Shown in pieces: positions 37,803 through 45,706 of a stretch of 64,000 nucleotides of DNA. A model generated the notes under the pieces. The model was not told the DNA's origin and ran no database searches. It worked only from the letters and a program-made list of their open reading frames with translations. Location: the sequence record MZ501109. One strand, 5' to 3'. Numbering within the stretch: the stretch's first letter is position 1; each line of letters begins with the position of its first letter. The position numbers and the translations under genes were made by a program. The stretch comes from Escherichia phage TrudiRoth.

Positions 37803-38858
37803 ATGATTAAGACTGGTCTAGTAATTGGTAAGTTCGCACCATTAACACGTGGTCATATTAACCTAATAAACACAGCAGCAACTATGTGTGAACGAGTTAT
37901 AGTTGTAGTTAGTCATGATAATCGCTGGCTGGATAAACAAAACACACGTGATCAGGAAGTCTTACAGTTAAAGAACCGACTTCGTTGGTTAGAACAAACT
38001 TACGCGGATATTGAGCACATTTCGGTAGAGTACATTATTGAAGATGATATTCCTGAATATCCGAATGGTTGGCCGGAATATGCTAGAATACTTAATGAAA
38101 ATTATGGACATTTGCCTGAGATCACCATTTTCTCTAGCGAACTAGACTATGATGCAGAATATAAGAAATATCTGCCGAAGTTTGGTCATTATATTGTAGA
38201 TTCTGATCGGACTCGTGTTCCAATCTCAGCTACAATGATTCGTAATGATCTTATGAAGTATTGGGAGTTTCTTCCTAGCGTAGTTCGTAAAGATTACGTG
38301 CGTAAGGTTGTAATCATTGGGACTGAAAGCTCGGGAAAGACTACTTTAACAAAATACCTTGCGAAGCTATACAACACTTCGTGGGTAGAAGAATATGGTC
38401 GAACGTATTGTGAAGTTGATCTAGTTGGTAACGAAAATCTGCTTACCAGCGAAGATTATAGTAAAATTGCGTTCAGACACAAAGAGCTAGAGTTTGAAGC
38501 AGAACGTACTGCAAATAAGATCATGTTTGTGGATACAAATGCTTTTATTACTGAGTTCTACCACAGACTTTATGAACATAGTAAGAATCCTGTGGTTACA
38601 GCAATTGCAAAAGAAGAACATTATGATTTAGTAATTGTTCTAGCGCCTACTGTCAAGTGGGTAGATGATGGTTTACGTATTAACTCCGATCGTTCAATTA
38701 CTTCTGAACTGTTCGAGCAGATGAAGAAAGAATTTCCAAATCAGTTCCCTGAAGGGCGTACTGTTTACATCGACTCTCCGGACTACAAAGTTCGTATGGA
38801 CGAAGCAGTAAACGCAGTAGACTGGCTGATTCATCACTTTAACGTTGGAGAGTTTTAA
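37803..38858 (+). CDS. NadR-like bifunctional NMN adenylyltransferase / ribosylnicotinamide kinase
   Basis: Nucleotidyltransferase motif GKFAPLTRGH at N-terminus; P-loop kinase IIGTESSGKTT in C-terminal half; start moved to ATG 37803. Confidence 0.7.
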   Translation: MIKTGLVIGKFAPLTRGHINLINTAATMCERVIVVVSHDNRWLDKQNTRDQEVLQLKNRLRWLEQTYADIEHISVEYIIEDDIPEYPNGWPEYARILNENYGHLPEITIFSSELDYDAEYKKYLPKFGHYIVDSDRTRVPISATMIRNDLMKYWEFLPSVVRKDYVRKVVIIGTESSGKTTLTKYLAKLYNTSWVEEYGRTYCEVDLVGNENLLTSEDYSKIAFRHKELEFEAERTANKIMFVDTNAFITEFYHRLYEHSKNPVVTAIAKEEHYDLVIVLAPTVKWVDDGLRINSDRSITSELFEQMKKEFPNQFPEGRTVYIDSPDYKVRMDEAVNAVDWLIHHFNVGEF

Positions 38859-38859
38859 T

Positions 38860-39537
38860 ATGACTAACTATCTCGTAAATGACTTTAAAAACTGGAAACC
38901 TCTGGAATATCTGTGGCTGTTCATAGCGGTTGTCTTCATTAGTTTAGCAAACTATAATGGTACAGCTCTAGATTGGGCTACTGCAATAACCAATGTGGTT
39001 TGTGTTATTCTGGTTGCAAAAGGACGTGTTTCCAACTATATTTGGGGCTTAGTGGGTGTTCTTACATATGGTATTACAGCTTTAAACGCAGATCTTTATG
39101 GTAACGCTGCACTAAACCTGCTATACTACGTTCCTATGCAGTTTTATGGAATGTACTTATGGCATAAAAATAAGCCAAGTAATCTGCCGGATGTTCCAAC
39201 TAAGGTTCTGACTAAAGCCCAAGCTCTGCTGACTCTAGGGATTCTAGCAGTAGCCACGTTAGGGTATGGTAGTTTCTTAGCTACTACGGCTGATCCATTT
39301 CCAATGTTGGATGCATTTACTGCGGTAGGTAGTGTGATCGCTATGTGGCTTATGGTTAAGCAGTATGCCGAGCAGTGGCTGATCTGGATTGCTATTAACA
39401 TTGGTACTGTGTACATTTGGCTTGTAACTGCTCAATCTACAGGTGCATCTTATGCAATCCTAGCAATGTGGCTAGTATTCTTAGGTAACTCTATTATGGG
39501 AGCCTATAAAGGATACTTTGTACGCGTTAACAAATAA
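38860..39537 (+). CDS. PnuC-like nicotinamide riboside/NMN transporter
   Basis: Polytopic membrane protein immediately downstream of the NadR-like gene; multiple Trp/Asn-rich TM helices. Confidence 0.55.
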   Translation: MTNYLVNDFKNWKPLEYLWLFIAVVFISLANYNGTALDWATAITNVVCVILVAKGRVSNYIWGLVGVLTYGITALNADLYGNAALNLLYYVPMQFYGMYLWHKNKPSNLPDVPTKVLTKAQALLTLGILAVATLGYGSFLATTADPFPMLDAFTAVGSVIAMWLMVKQYAEQWLIWIAINIGTVYIWLVTAQSTGASYAILAMWLVFLGNSIMGAYKGYFVRVNK

Positions 39538-39544
39538 AGTAGTT

Positions 39545-39572
39545 ATAGCCCTCGCTTAGAGGGCTATTATAC
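39545..39572 (+). terminator. Rho-independent terminator
   Basis: 9-bp stem atagccctc/gagggctat, loop gctta. Confidence 0.55.
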
Positions 39573-39584
39573 AGAAATTTTCAC

Positions 39585-39613
39585 TTGCTTAATATAGAAA
39601 ATTTCTGTATAAT
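39585..39613 (+). promoter_or_regulatory. early-type sigma70 promoter (TTGCTT-17-TATAAT)
   Basis: ttcacTTGCTTaatatagaaaatttctgTATAATatatttataaatttgagagagg. Confidence 0.6.
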
Positions 39614-39643
39614 ATATTTATAAATTTGAGAGAGGAATCAAAT

Positions 39644-39940
39644 ATGAAACGCATTGTACTTGCATTGACTCTAGTATCTACTTCTGTATTTGCTGCTCCA
39701 CAACAGGAACTTTGTCAAGTTCAAGTTTGTAATAAGCTAGAACGATTTACTCTAGACATTTGGTCACATATTAAAGATAATATGGGTGAACAGTGTTTTG
39801 ATATTGTTCTGCCAAAAGAACAAGCTGTTCCTGGTGCTGTTCTCAGTTCAGAATCACGTTGGTGGCAGGGTTCTTCTATCAATCCAACTAAGAAGTCAGT
39901 GACACGTATCAAACAAGTATATCAGTGCAATGTTCAGTAA
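39644..39940 (+). CDS. secreted small protein (98 aa)
   Basis: Signal peptide MKRIVLALTLVSTSVFA; start placed after RBS. Confidence 0.55.
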   Translation: MKRIVLALTLVSTSVFAAPQQELCQVQVCNKLERFTLDIWSHIKDNMGEQCFDIVLPKEQAVPGAVLSSESRWWQGSSINPTKKSVTRIKQVYQCNVQ

Positions 39941-39948
39941 AATTTCAC

Positions 39949-39977
39949 TTGCTTAATGCCGAAATTTTCTGTATAAT
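39949..39977 (+). promoter_or_regulatory. early-type sigma70 promoter driving a tRNA operon
   Basis: ttcacTTGCTTaatgccgaaattttctgTATAATatattcataatttcggaag; tRNA starts ~15 nt after -10. Confidence 0.6.
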
Positions 39978-39991
39978 ATATTCATAATTTC

Positions 39992-40085
39992 GGAAGATTA
40001 ACCCTAAAGGTAAGGGAGCTGTTTGCTAAACAGCTAGTAGCTGTGGAAACACGGTGTGCCAGTTCGAGTCTGGCATCTTCCTCCA
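39992..40085 (+). tRNA. tRNA-Ser (anticodon GCU), long variable arm
   Basis: Acceptor ggaagat/atcttcc, anticodon loop uuGCUaa, variable-arm hairpin with GAAA loop, T-arm gccagTTCGAGTctggc, CCA. Confidence 0.7.
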
Positions 40086-40090
40086 AATTT

Positions 40091-40168
40091 GGTTCTCAAG
40101 CTCATTTGGTATGAGCCGTCGCCTCATAAGCGAAAGGTAGGTAGGTTCGAATCCTCCGGGAGCCACCA
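40091..40168 (+). tRNA. tRNA with CAU anticodon (Met, fMet or Ile2)
   Basis: Acceptor ggttctc/gggagcc, D-arm gctc-atttggtat-gagc, anticodon loop cuCAUaa, CCA. Confidence 0.65.
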
Positions 40169-40185
40169 ATTAACTAGGAGACGAT

Positions 40186-40371
40186 ATGTCTAAGTTTCAG
40201 GAATTGAAGCAGGAACTAGAAGAGTGTGCCTGCCCAAAATGCTTCGGAGCAGGTGAATGGAACGATGCTGAACCTGGTGATACATGGTATAATACATACG
40301 TTTGTACACATTGTAATGGTTCTGGTATTAATCCTGAATGCGGTATTTCTCTAGGTATTGAGCGAGGCTAA
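40186..40371 (+). CDS. small Cys-rich zinc-ribbon-like protein (61 aa)
   Basis: CACPKCFG ... CTHCNGSG. Confidence 0.5.
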   Translation: MSKFQELKQELEECACPKCFGAGEWNDAEPGDTWYNTYVCTHCNGSGINPECGISLGIERG

Positions 40372-40372
40372 G

Positions 40373-40705
40373 ATGGATATTTACACTACACCAGCAGTAA
40401 ACCTGATTGGCTCTTGCCTTGTGCATTTCCGCTTCTTCCAAACGGATGATAGCAAAGAGGAGTATACCTATCCTCTGATGGATTTTCAGATTGAGGACTT
40501 CTTCCGTGAAGTGCGTAATATCTCTGAGAACTTCTATTATGGCATGGATAAGGAAGACTTTGACATTGAGTTCCCTATAATCTCTCGTTATTTCCTAGAG
40601 CAGTCCGACGCTCGGTTTGAGAAGATTGAACACATGGAAGTAGCCTGGGCTATCCAGTTCGAAATTACTGGCTTTGCTCGATACATTCAAGGTTACGAAC
40701 TATGA
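40373..40705 (+). CDS. hypothetical protein (about 110 aa)
   Basis: Track ORF 40358..40705; start moved to ATG after RBS gagcgagg. Confidence 0.5.
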   Translation: MDIYTTPAVNLIGSCLVHFRFFQTDDSKEEYTYPLMDFQIEDFFREVRNISENFYYGMDKEDFDIEFPIISRYFLEQSDARFEKIEHMEVAWAIQFEITGFARYIQGYEL

Positions 40706-40797
40706 AATTAAAAGATTATTATATTGGTTGGTTTGTAGGACTAATAGTAGGATTTTCACTGGGCTACAACTTGTATCAACTGATAAACTGATTACAT

Positions 40798-40874
40798 GGG
40801 GGTGTAATCGAATTGGCATAGGTACTGGACTTAAAATTCAGGTTTTGTGGGTTCGAATCCCACCACCCCTACCA
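40798..40874 (+). tRNA. tRNA with UAA anticodon (Leu-type) but short variable arm; D-stem poorly defined
   Basis: Acceptor gggggtg/cacccct, anticodon arm ctgga-cuUAAaa-ttcag, T-arm gtgggTTCGAATcccac, A73, CCA. Confidence 0.45.
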
Positions 40875-41025
40875 AATTAAGGAAATAAAATGAAAGCTAT
40901 TAAGAAAGCACTGCGTAAATTTATGTATTGTCGTTTTCATAGCATCAAGGCTTCAACTAATGGTACTACTTACGATCGCTATGATCCTAAGTTTGGCTTA
41001 CATTCTAAATAACTGGAGAAAACAA

Positions 41026-41232
41026 ATGGCTAATCCTGAAATTACGGCACAACGCTTTATGCTGAAAGGAATTATTGCTGAAGCAGGCATGACAGAAGAA
41101 GTTGCAGATTTTCAAAAGCAATTCCTCAATATTCTCACTCAAGCCAAAGAGCTAGGAGAGAAAGAACATGGCGCGGCTATTATGGCAATCACATTGGTTG
41201 GGCTTGATCTGGCTGAAGAATCAGGAGTTTAA
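41026..41232 (+). CDS. hypothetical protein (about 68 aa)
   Basis: Track ORF 40960..41232; start moved to ATG after RBS ctggag. Confidence 0.4.
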   Translation: MANPEITAQRFMLKGIIAEAGMTEEVADFQKQFLNILTQAKELGEKEHGAAIMAITLVGLDLAEESGV

Positions 41233-41262
41233 CTCCTCCAAGCAGAAATTTTAAAAATGTAC

Positions 41263-41292
41263 TTGCTTTTTACTTAAGATTTCTGCTATAAT
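41263..41292 (+). promoter_or_regulatory. early-type sigma70 promoter (TTGCTT-18-TATAAT)
   Basis: gtacTTGCTTtttacttaagatttctgcTATAATagttatataagttgatgagagg. Confidence 0.55.
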
Positions 41293-41321
41293 AGTTATAT
41301 AAGTTGATGAGAGGAATCAGA

Positions 41322-41588
41322 ATGTTAAAACGTTTTGCAGCAACTGGTATTGAAAGCTCAGTATGTAAATCCTGGGGTGGTTGGGAAGGTGAGATCGAGT
41401 GGCTTTATTTCTACAATGTAGAACTTCTTCCAGAGATCAAAGCTCAATGTATTGAGGCTGGTATGGCTCCTGATGCTACGGCTGATGTTGAAATCAGCAT
41501 GAATAAGCTAGAGGGTCGAGTAGTCACTGTTACTGATGAAGGTGAAGAGGTATTCGAACTTCCATTCACTTTGAAAGTCACTCCTTAA
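41322..41588 (+). CDS. hypothetical protein (88 aa)
   Basis: ORF track, start after RBS. Confidence 0.5.
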   Translation: MLKRFAATGIESSVCKSWGGWEGEIEWLYFYNVELLPEIKAQCIEAGMAPDATADVEISMNKLEGRVVTVTDEGEEVFELPFTLKVTP

Positions 41589-41633
41589 TTTGATTAACTG
41601 ATACAGCACTGAGCAAGTTCTTTAAAATTTGAC

Positions 41634-41662
41634 TTGCTCAGTCCTTCAAAACTTGATATAAT
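41634..41662 (+). promoter_or_regulatory. sigma70 promoter (TTGCTC-17-TATAAT) driving a tRNA operon
   Basis: tttgacTTGCTCagtccttcaaaacttgaTATAATagttatc. Confidence 0.55.
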
Positions 41663-41726
41663 AGTTATCTAATTTGGAAAACATATTTAAAAGTGTTTAA
41701 ACTAGTATTTGAATATTTCTAAATAT

Positions 41727-41817
41727 GTTGGATTAGTATCGTAGAGGTAGCGAAGCAGACTGTAAATCTGCCGACTCGGAAGGGTCTCGGGTGGTTCGAC
41801 TCCATCATCCAACACCA
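41727..41817 (+). tRNA. tRNA-Tyr (anticodon GUA), long variable arm
   Basis: Perfect acceptor gttggat/atccaac, anticodon arm gcaga-cuGUAaa-tctgc, CCA. Confidence 0.7.
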
Positions 41818-41824
41818 AATTTAA

Positions 41825-41901
41825 GTCCTGTTAGACAAACTGGTAAAGTCACTACCCTTTCAAGGTAGGATTTGCGGGTTCGATCCCCGCACAGGACGCC
41901 A
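41825..41901 (+). tRNA. tRNA-Glu (anticodon UUC)
   Basis: Acceptor gtcctgt/acaggac, anticodon arm ctacc-cuUUCaa-ggtag, T-arm gcgggTTCGATCcccgc, CCA. Confidence 0.75.
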
Positions 41902-41904
41902 ATT

Positions 41905-41986
41905 TCTGCATTCCTAGAGTGTTACTGGACAGCATGTCGGTCTCCAAAACCGTACGGTCTAGGTTCGAGTCCTAGTAGGTTTGCCA
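41905..41986 (+). other. tRNA-like element lacking a pairing 5' acceptor strand (possible degenerate tRNA)
   Basis: Anticodon-like loop cuCCAaa, T-arm ctaggTTCGAGTcctag, 3' ...taggtttgCCA; no complementary 5' 7-mer found upstream. Confidence 0.3.
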
Positions 41987-41992
41987 ATATTT

Positions 41993-42067
41993 GCACCTTT
42001 AGCTGAGATGGATTAGCGCTTGCCTGAAGAGCTTGAGAGGTTCGTTCGATACGAACAGGGTGCACCA
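41993..42067 (+). tRNA. tRNA-Phe (anticodon GAA), weak anticodon stem
   Basis: Acceptor gcacctt/agggtgc, D-stem gctg/tagc, anticodon loop cuGAAga with two U-U mismatches in stem, T-arm gttcgTTCGATAcgaac, CCA. Confidence 0.55.
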
Positions 42068-42084
42068 ATTTGAAGGAGATGCTG

Positions 42085-42357
42085 ATGCATCCTGAAAACT
42101 TCTTTATTTACTGTGCGGATAAGTCACTGAAACGCAGAATTAACAAAGTCTATCATTATCGTGCTAGTCAACAGCCTTATGTTTATGCTTTTGATGGAGA
42201 TTACATCCCACTAGAACAGTTGGCCTGTGATTACATGGTTTTGAAGAACTTTGACGAGACAAAGATCTCAAGCGTTCATAATCGACAGAACCCGTTAACG
42301 TGGAAATATAAGAAGAAAAAGAAAGGCATCAAATTCTTAAAAAATGTAGTTGCTTAA
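42085..42357 (+). CDS. hypothetical protein (about 90 aa)
   Basis: Track ORF 42070..42357; start moved to ATG after RBS aaggag. Confidence 0.5.
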   Translation: MHPENFFIYCADKSLKRRINKVYHYRASQQPYVYAFDGDYIPLEQLACDYMVLKNFDETKISSVHNRQNPLTWKYKKKKKGIKFLKNVVA

Positions 42358-42378
42358 CCGCTTAAAGTTCTGTATAAT
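42350..42378 (+). promoter_or_regulatory. early-type sigma70 promoter (TTGCTT-17-TATAAT)
   Basis: tgtagTTGCTTaaccgcttaaagttctgTATAATtattacataaattgaactggag. Confidence 0.6.
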
Positions 42379-42407
42379 TATTACATAAATTGAACTGGAG
42401 AAGCAAC

Positions 42408-42632
42408 ATGACAGAACAAGAATTGAAAGAACGTAAGCTGGTAATGCTTCGCTTACTAAACATTTTCTCTGGTATGGATGGTGGTATTGACTTCATTCAA
42501 CTACGCACTTTTGTAGAAGAAGCAGAAGGCGAGGCTATCACTAGGATTCTTAAACATATGGGTTTGTTACTAGATGCTGCTAATGTGGCTACTCAATATA
42601 AACTCGAAGATTTACCGGAGCGTGTTAAATGA
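42408..42632 (+). CDS. hypothetical protein (74 aa)
   Basis: ORF track, start after RBS. Confidence 0.5.
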   Translation: MTEQELKERKLVMLRLLNIFSGMDGGIDFIQLRTFVEEAEGEAITRILKHMGLLLDAANVATQYKLEDLPERVK

Positions 42633-42820
42633 AAATGTTAGTTAAATTTAAGTGTTGTGGTTCTGAACATATTTTCACTCGTTATAGAGAGTTTAAGATG
42701 TGTGAGTGCGGTAAATCAGGCTACGATGCTGGAGATGGCTATTATGCTAGATCTATAGGACATTCTAAAGATCTAGAGTTTACTAATCTCGAAAAGCAAG
42801 ATAAATCGACCGTTGGCTGA
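42629..42820 (+). CDS. small Cys-containing protein (63 aa); 3' end overlaps a tRNA gene
   Basis: ORF track. Confidence 0.45.
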   Translation: MKMLVKFKCCGSEHIFTRYREFKMCECGKSGYDAGDGYYARSIGHSKDLEFTNLEKQDKSTVG

Positions 42821-42882
42821 ATGGCTTAGGCGGAGGCCTGCAAAACCTCCTTATGTGAGTTCGAATCTCATGCGGTCGTCCA
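42807..42882 (+). tRNA. tRNA-Cys (anticodon GCA)
   Basis: Acceptor cgaccgt/gcggtcg, anticodon arm gaggc-cuGCAaa-acctc (one C-A mismatch), T-arm gtgagTTCGAATctcat, CCA. Confidence 0.6.
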
Positions 42883-42889
42883 AATTTTA

Positions 42890-42972
42890 GGGTCGTTAGC
42901 CAAGCGGTTTGGCGGTGGACTGTTAATCCATGTCGAAAGACAACGTAGGTTCGAATCCTACACGGCCCGCCA
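42890..42972 (+). tRNA. tRNA with GUU anticodon (Asn-type) carrying an atypical 13-nt variable arm
   Basis: Acceptor gggtcgt/acggccc, anticodon arm gtgga-cuGUUaa-tccat, variable gtc-GAAA-gac mini-hairpin, T-arm gtaggTTCGAATcctac, CCA. Confidence 0.5.
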
Positions 42973-43075
42973 TATTCTGTGTAGAGTTAAGTAAACCGGT
43001 AGCCAACCAGCTATCATTGCTGATATCGAATTCAGTCACAGATACCATTTTTCATTAACAACTGAGGAAATAGAT

Positions 43076-43261
43076 ATGACAACTCGTGCAATTGCTCGAC
43101 TAGAAGCTGATCGTGATAATCTGATTAATAATATTAAGGTTCGTGGTAATATTATTAAGGCTCTGAAAGCTGAACTTCTTGAAGAACTTCAAGGTCAAGT
43201 AGAGCGTCGTGAAGCTCTAAAAGAGGTTGAGGAAGCTATCGAAAAACTCAAAACTGAGTAA
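43076..43261 (+). CDS. small coiled-coil protein (61 aa)
   Basis: ORF track. Confidence 0.45.
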   Translation: MTTRAIARLEADRDNLINNIKVRGNIIKALKAELLEELQGQVERREALKEVEEAIEKLKTE

Positions 43262-43264
43262 ATT

Positions 43265-43846
43265 ATGCACGGAATATCCTTACCCATTCCAGGGTTTGAG
43301 GAGTACTTAGTAAGTTTGGATGGGTTAGTATTTAGTATCAAATCAAACAAAATACTAACCCAAATAACCAGTAATTACGGATACTTATCTATACGTCTCC
43401 ATAAAAATGGTCAACAGAGAAATACCGGTGTACATAGGATTTTAGCATGTGCATTTAAGAAATTACCAAGTCTAGACTCTGAACTAGAAGTTGACCATAT
43501 TAACACAGACATTACTTATTGGGGTCTTAATAACTTACAAGTGCTCACAAAAGAGCAGCATCTAGAAAAGACTTTAAAAGATAAAGGATTTAGTAAACTA
43601 AACCATGATAATTGTTGTAAGGATTGTGGTAAAGCTATTTCTTTAAAAGCTGAAAAATGTCAGGAGTGCTCTTCACATAAACCAAAAGATATCTCTATAA
43701 CTAAAGAAATAATCGAGGTTACAGTAAGAGAGCTAGGCTGGTCAGGTGCAGGGAGAAAGTTAAGTTATTCAGATAATGGGTTGCGTAAAAGATACACTTC
43801 TTTAGGAGGCAATCCTAAAGAACTTAAAAAGTTAAAGGTACTATAG
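43265..43846 (+). CDS. HNH homing endonuclease (HNH_3-like); 3' end overlaps tRNA-Asp
   Basis: HRILACAF...EVDHINTDITYWGLNNLQVLTKEQH; Cys-rich CKDCGKAIS...CQEC. Confidence 0.7.
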   Translation: MHGISLPIPGFEEYLVSLDGLVFSIKSNKILTQITSNYGYLSIRLHKNGQQRNTGVHRILACAFKKLPSLDSELEVDHINTDITYWGLNNLQVLTKEQHLEKTLKDKGFSKLNHDNCCKDCGKAISLKAEKCQECSSHKPKDISITKEIIEVTVRELGWSGAGRKLSYSDNGLRKRYTSLGGNPKELKKLKVL

Positions 43847-43911
43847 TCTAACGGTTAGGATACTCCCCTGTCACGGGAGAGGTAGGGTTTCGATTACCCT
43901 TAGTACCGCCA
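43837..43911 (+). tRNA. tRNA-Asp (anticodon GUC)
   Basis: Perfect acceptor ggtacta/tagtacc, anticodon arm ctccc-cuGUCac-gggag, T-arm agggtTTCGATTaccct, CCA. Confidence 0.75.
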
Positions 43912-43917
43912 AATTAT

Positions 43918-43994
43918 ACATCCATAGCTCAATTGGTTAGAGCTACCGCCTCTTAAGCGGTAGGTTCTAGGTTCAAGTCCTAGTGGGTGTACCA
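43918..43994 (+). tRNA. tRNA-Lys (anticodon CUU)
   Basis: Acceptor acatcca/tgggtgt, D-arm gctc-aattggtta-gagc, anticodon arm accgc-cuCUUaa-gcggt, T-arm ctaggTTCAAGTcctag, CCA. Confidence 0.65.
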
Positions 43995-44207
43995 AACATC
44001 AGAGCAGCGTGATGTACTGCAAAGACCCAAAGTCCGGGGTGGACTTCTTGATTCAAAGGAGCAGGCACTAATTATCATTCTAGCGTGGTGGAGAGGGGAC
44101 ACCAGCTTGCCGAGGGTAGAAGCTCGTTCGATTCGAGTGAAAGAATGGTTCTCGTAAATCCGCACAAGTGATAGCAGGTTCAAGTCCTGCCTAGATTGAC
44201 TTATTAT

Positions 44208-44281
44208 GCGTTCGTAGTTAAAAGGTATAATTTTTGGTTGCCAACCAGAAGTTGAGGGTTCGATTCCCTCCGACCGCACCA
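44208..44281 (+). tRNA. tRNA-Gly (anticodon GCC)
   Basis: Acceptor gcgttcg/cgaccgc (one mismatch), anticodon arm tttgg-uuGCCaa-ccaga, T-arm gagggTTCGATTccctc, CCA. Confidence 0.6.
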
Positions 44282-44590
44282 AATCTATCAAACCAAGCCT
44301 GCGCATTCGTGTAACAACTTGTGCGTCTGTAAGGTGATAGTAAACAAGCCACGGAGTTCCGGCCGTTCAACGTGGTAAAATCTTCTGAATAACAGGTCGT
44401 GGATACCTCTTTGGAGGCTCAACGGAAACGCAGGAGTGTAAGTAAACGAAAGTTTACTTATTATGTAGGTTCCGATAGATCGGCGGGTCTATTCTGGCAT
44501 TTAAGAGAAGTCTCGCAAACTTCTTTGTCAGCCGTGGGGTTGGTAGCCTCCAGGTGGCCTACACAATAAGTAAATTTATTAAAAATTAAT

Positions 44591-44619
44591 TTGCTATTCT
44601 GCTTAATTATCTGTATAAT
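44591..44619 (+). promoter_or_regulatory. early-type sigma70 promoter (TTGCTA-17-TATAAT)
   Basis: ttaatTTGCTAttctgcttaattatctgTATAATatattttataaagtgaataga. Confidence 0.6.
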
Positions 44620-44653
44620 ATATTTTATAAAGTGAATAGAAGGAAGTTAACAA

Positions 44654-44893
44654 ATGAAAAAATATTCAGAAGAATTTCTAGAAGATATGGATTTACATTA
44701 CCTGTTAACTTTGGTTTTAGAAGAAAAAATCTATGACCAATTTGATCTAGAAGGTCTTACAAAAGTAGATTGTATTCGTGCCCTTCTCACTGTTGAAACT
44801 CGCTATTTCGAATGTCAACAGTGTGGTGAAGTTAATGAGTGCTCTTGGGAATGTCCAGAGTGTGGATATGACGATCTGCTTGAAACAGAATAA
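44654..44893 (+). CDS. small zinc-ribbon protein (79 aa)
   Basis: CQQCGEVNECSWECPECG. Confidence 0.5.
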   Translation: MKKYSEEFLEDMDLHYLLTLVLEEKIYDQFDLEGLTKVDCIRALLTVETRYFECQQCGEVNECSWECPECGYDDLLETE

Positions 44894-44896
44894 TAT

Positions 44897-44973
44897 CTCC
44901 GATTAGCTCAATTGGTTAGAGCTACCGCCTCTTAAGCGGTAGGTTCTAGGTTCAAGTCCTTCATTGGAGACCA
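44897..44973 (+). tRNA. second tRNA-Lys(CUU)-like gene with weakened T-stem (possibly degenerate)
   Basis: D-arm, anticodon arm and T-loop identical to the 43918 copy; acceptor ctccgat/attggag; T-stem only 3 bp. Confidence 0.45.
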
Positions 44974-44979
44974 AACAAT

Positions 44980-45057
44980 TGCGGGTTAGATCTTTGGTAG
45001 AGATCGCTAGTCTCATAAGCTAGAAAGAGGTAGGTTCGATTCCTGCACCCGCTTCCA
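44980..45057 (+). tRNA. tRNA with CAU anticodon (Met/fMet/Ile2), U1-U72 mismatch
   Basis: Acceptor tgcgggt/acccgct with mismatched first pair, anticodon arm ctagt-cuCAUaa-gctag, T-arm gtaggTTCGATTcctgc, CCA. Confidence 0.55.
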
Positions 45058-45078
45058 ATTTAATAGAAGGATTTCGAA

Positions 45079-45243
45079 ATGAAATTATTTCGTTTAAAAG
45101 TAAGTGATTTACGTTCTAGCAAAGATCGTAAGAAGTATCCACTAGCCCATTACGGTAAAGATGAAAACGAAGTGATGGCGGAATTTGGTATTAATCACCC
45201 TTACTTAAAAGTTTATTCTATTAAGGAAGTCTATGCTAATTAA
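45079..45243 (+). CDS. small ORF (54 aa), below ORF-track threshold
   Basis: Own translation MKLFRLKVSDLRSSKDRKKYPLAHYGKDENEV... Confidence 0.35.
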   Translation: MKLFRLKVSDLRSSKDRKKYPLAHYGKDENEVMAEFGINHPYLKVYSIKEVYAN

Positions 45244-45706
45244 TAAAGTTTTAGCTGCCTTAAACCTTCCTGATAACTTCATTATAGATGATAAGCTCAT
45301 AAGAGCTTATATGAGCAAATATAACGAAATTTCAGGTAAAGAAGGTAAGTTAAAAACTTCAGAGTTTAGATTCTGTTATCGAATGGCAGCCTTAAATCTC
45401 TTAAAATATAAAAGGGAGCATAAAATACCTATAACGGAAGGTTTTGTATATGTAATTGGTAATCCAGCATGGCCAGGCATGTATAAAATAGGTATGACTA
45501 TAGATGTGAATGAGAGGTTAACAAGTTATCAAACTTATTCACCTAATAGAGACTACAAGCTATACCATTTCAGATTTTCGTCGGATAAAAGACGTACAGA
45601 GAAAGAATTACATAATCTTCTTAAAGATTATAGAGTATCTGGAGAATGGTTTGAAGTACCTGTACTAGATGCTTTTAAATTATTAGTAGAAAAATTGGAT
45701 TGCTAG
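45233..45706 (+). CDS. T5orf172-like (GIY-YIG-related) putative homing endonuclease; 3' end overlaps a tRNA
   Basis: GFVYVIGNPAWPGMYKIGMT... and YRVSGEWFEV; recalled from the T5orf172 domain, not searched. Confidence 0.5.
   Translation: MLINKVLAALNLPDNFIIDDKLIRAYMSKYNEISGKEGKLKTSEFRFCYRMAALNLLKYKREHKIPITEGFVYVIGNPAWPGMYKIGMTIDVNERLTSYQTYSPNRDYKLYHFRFSSDKRRTEKELHNLLKDYRVSGEWFEVPVLDAFKLLVEKLDC

Noticed and set aside
40674-40880. 68-aa plus-strand ORF
   Set aside because: Its 3' half is the tRNA at 40798-40874; only a 29-codon micro-ORF (40703-40792) could be real and is too short to call.
43980-44306. 108-aa minus-strand ORF
   Set aside because: Spans two tRNA genes and tRNA-like hairpins on the plus strand, with no expression signals.
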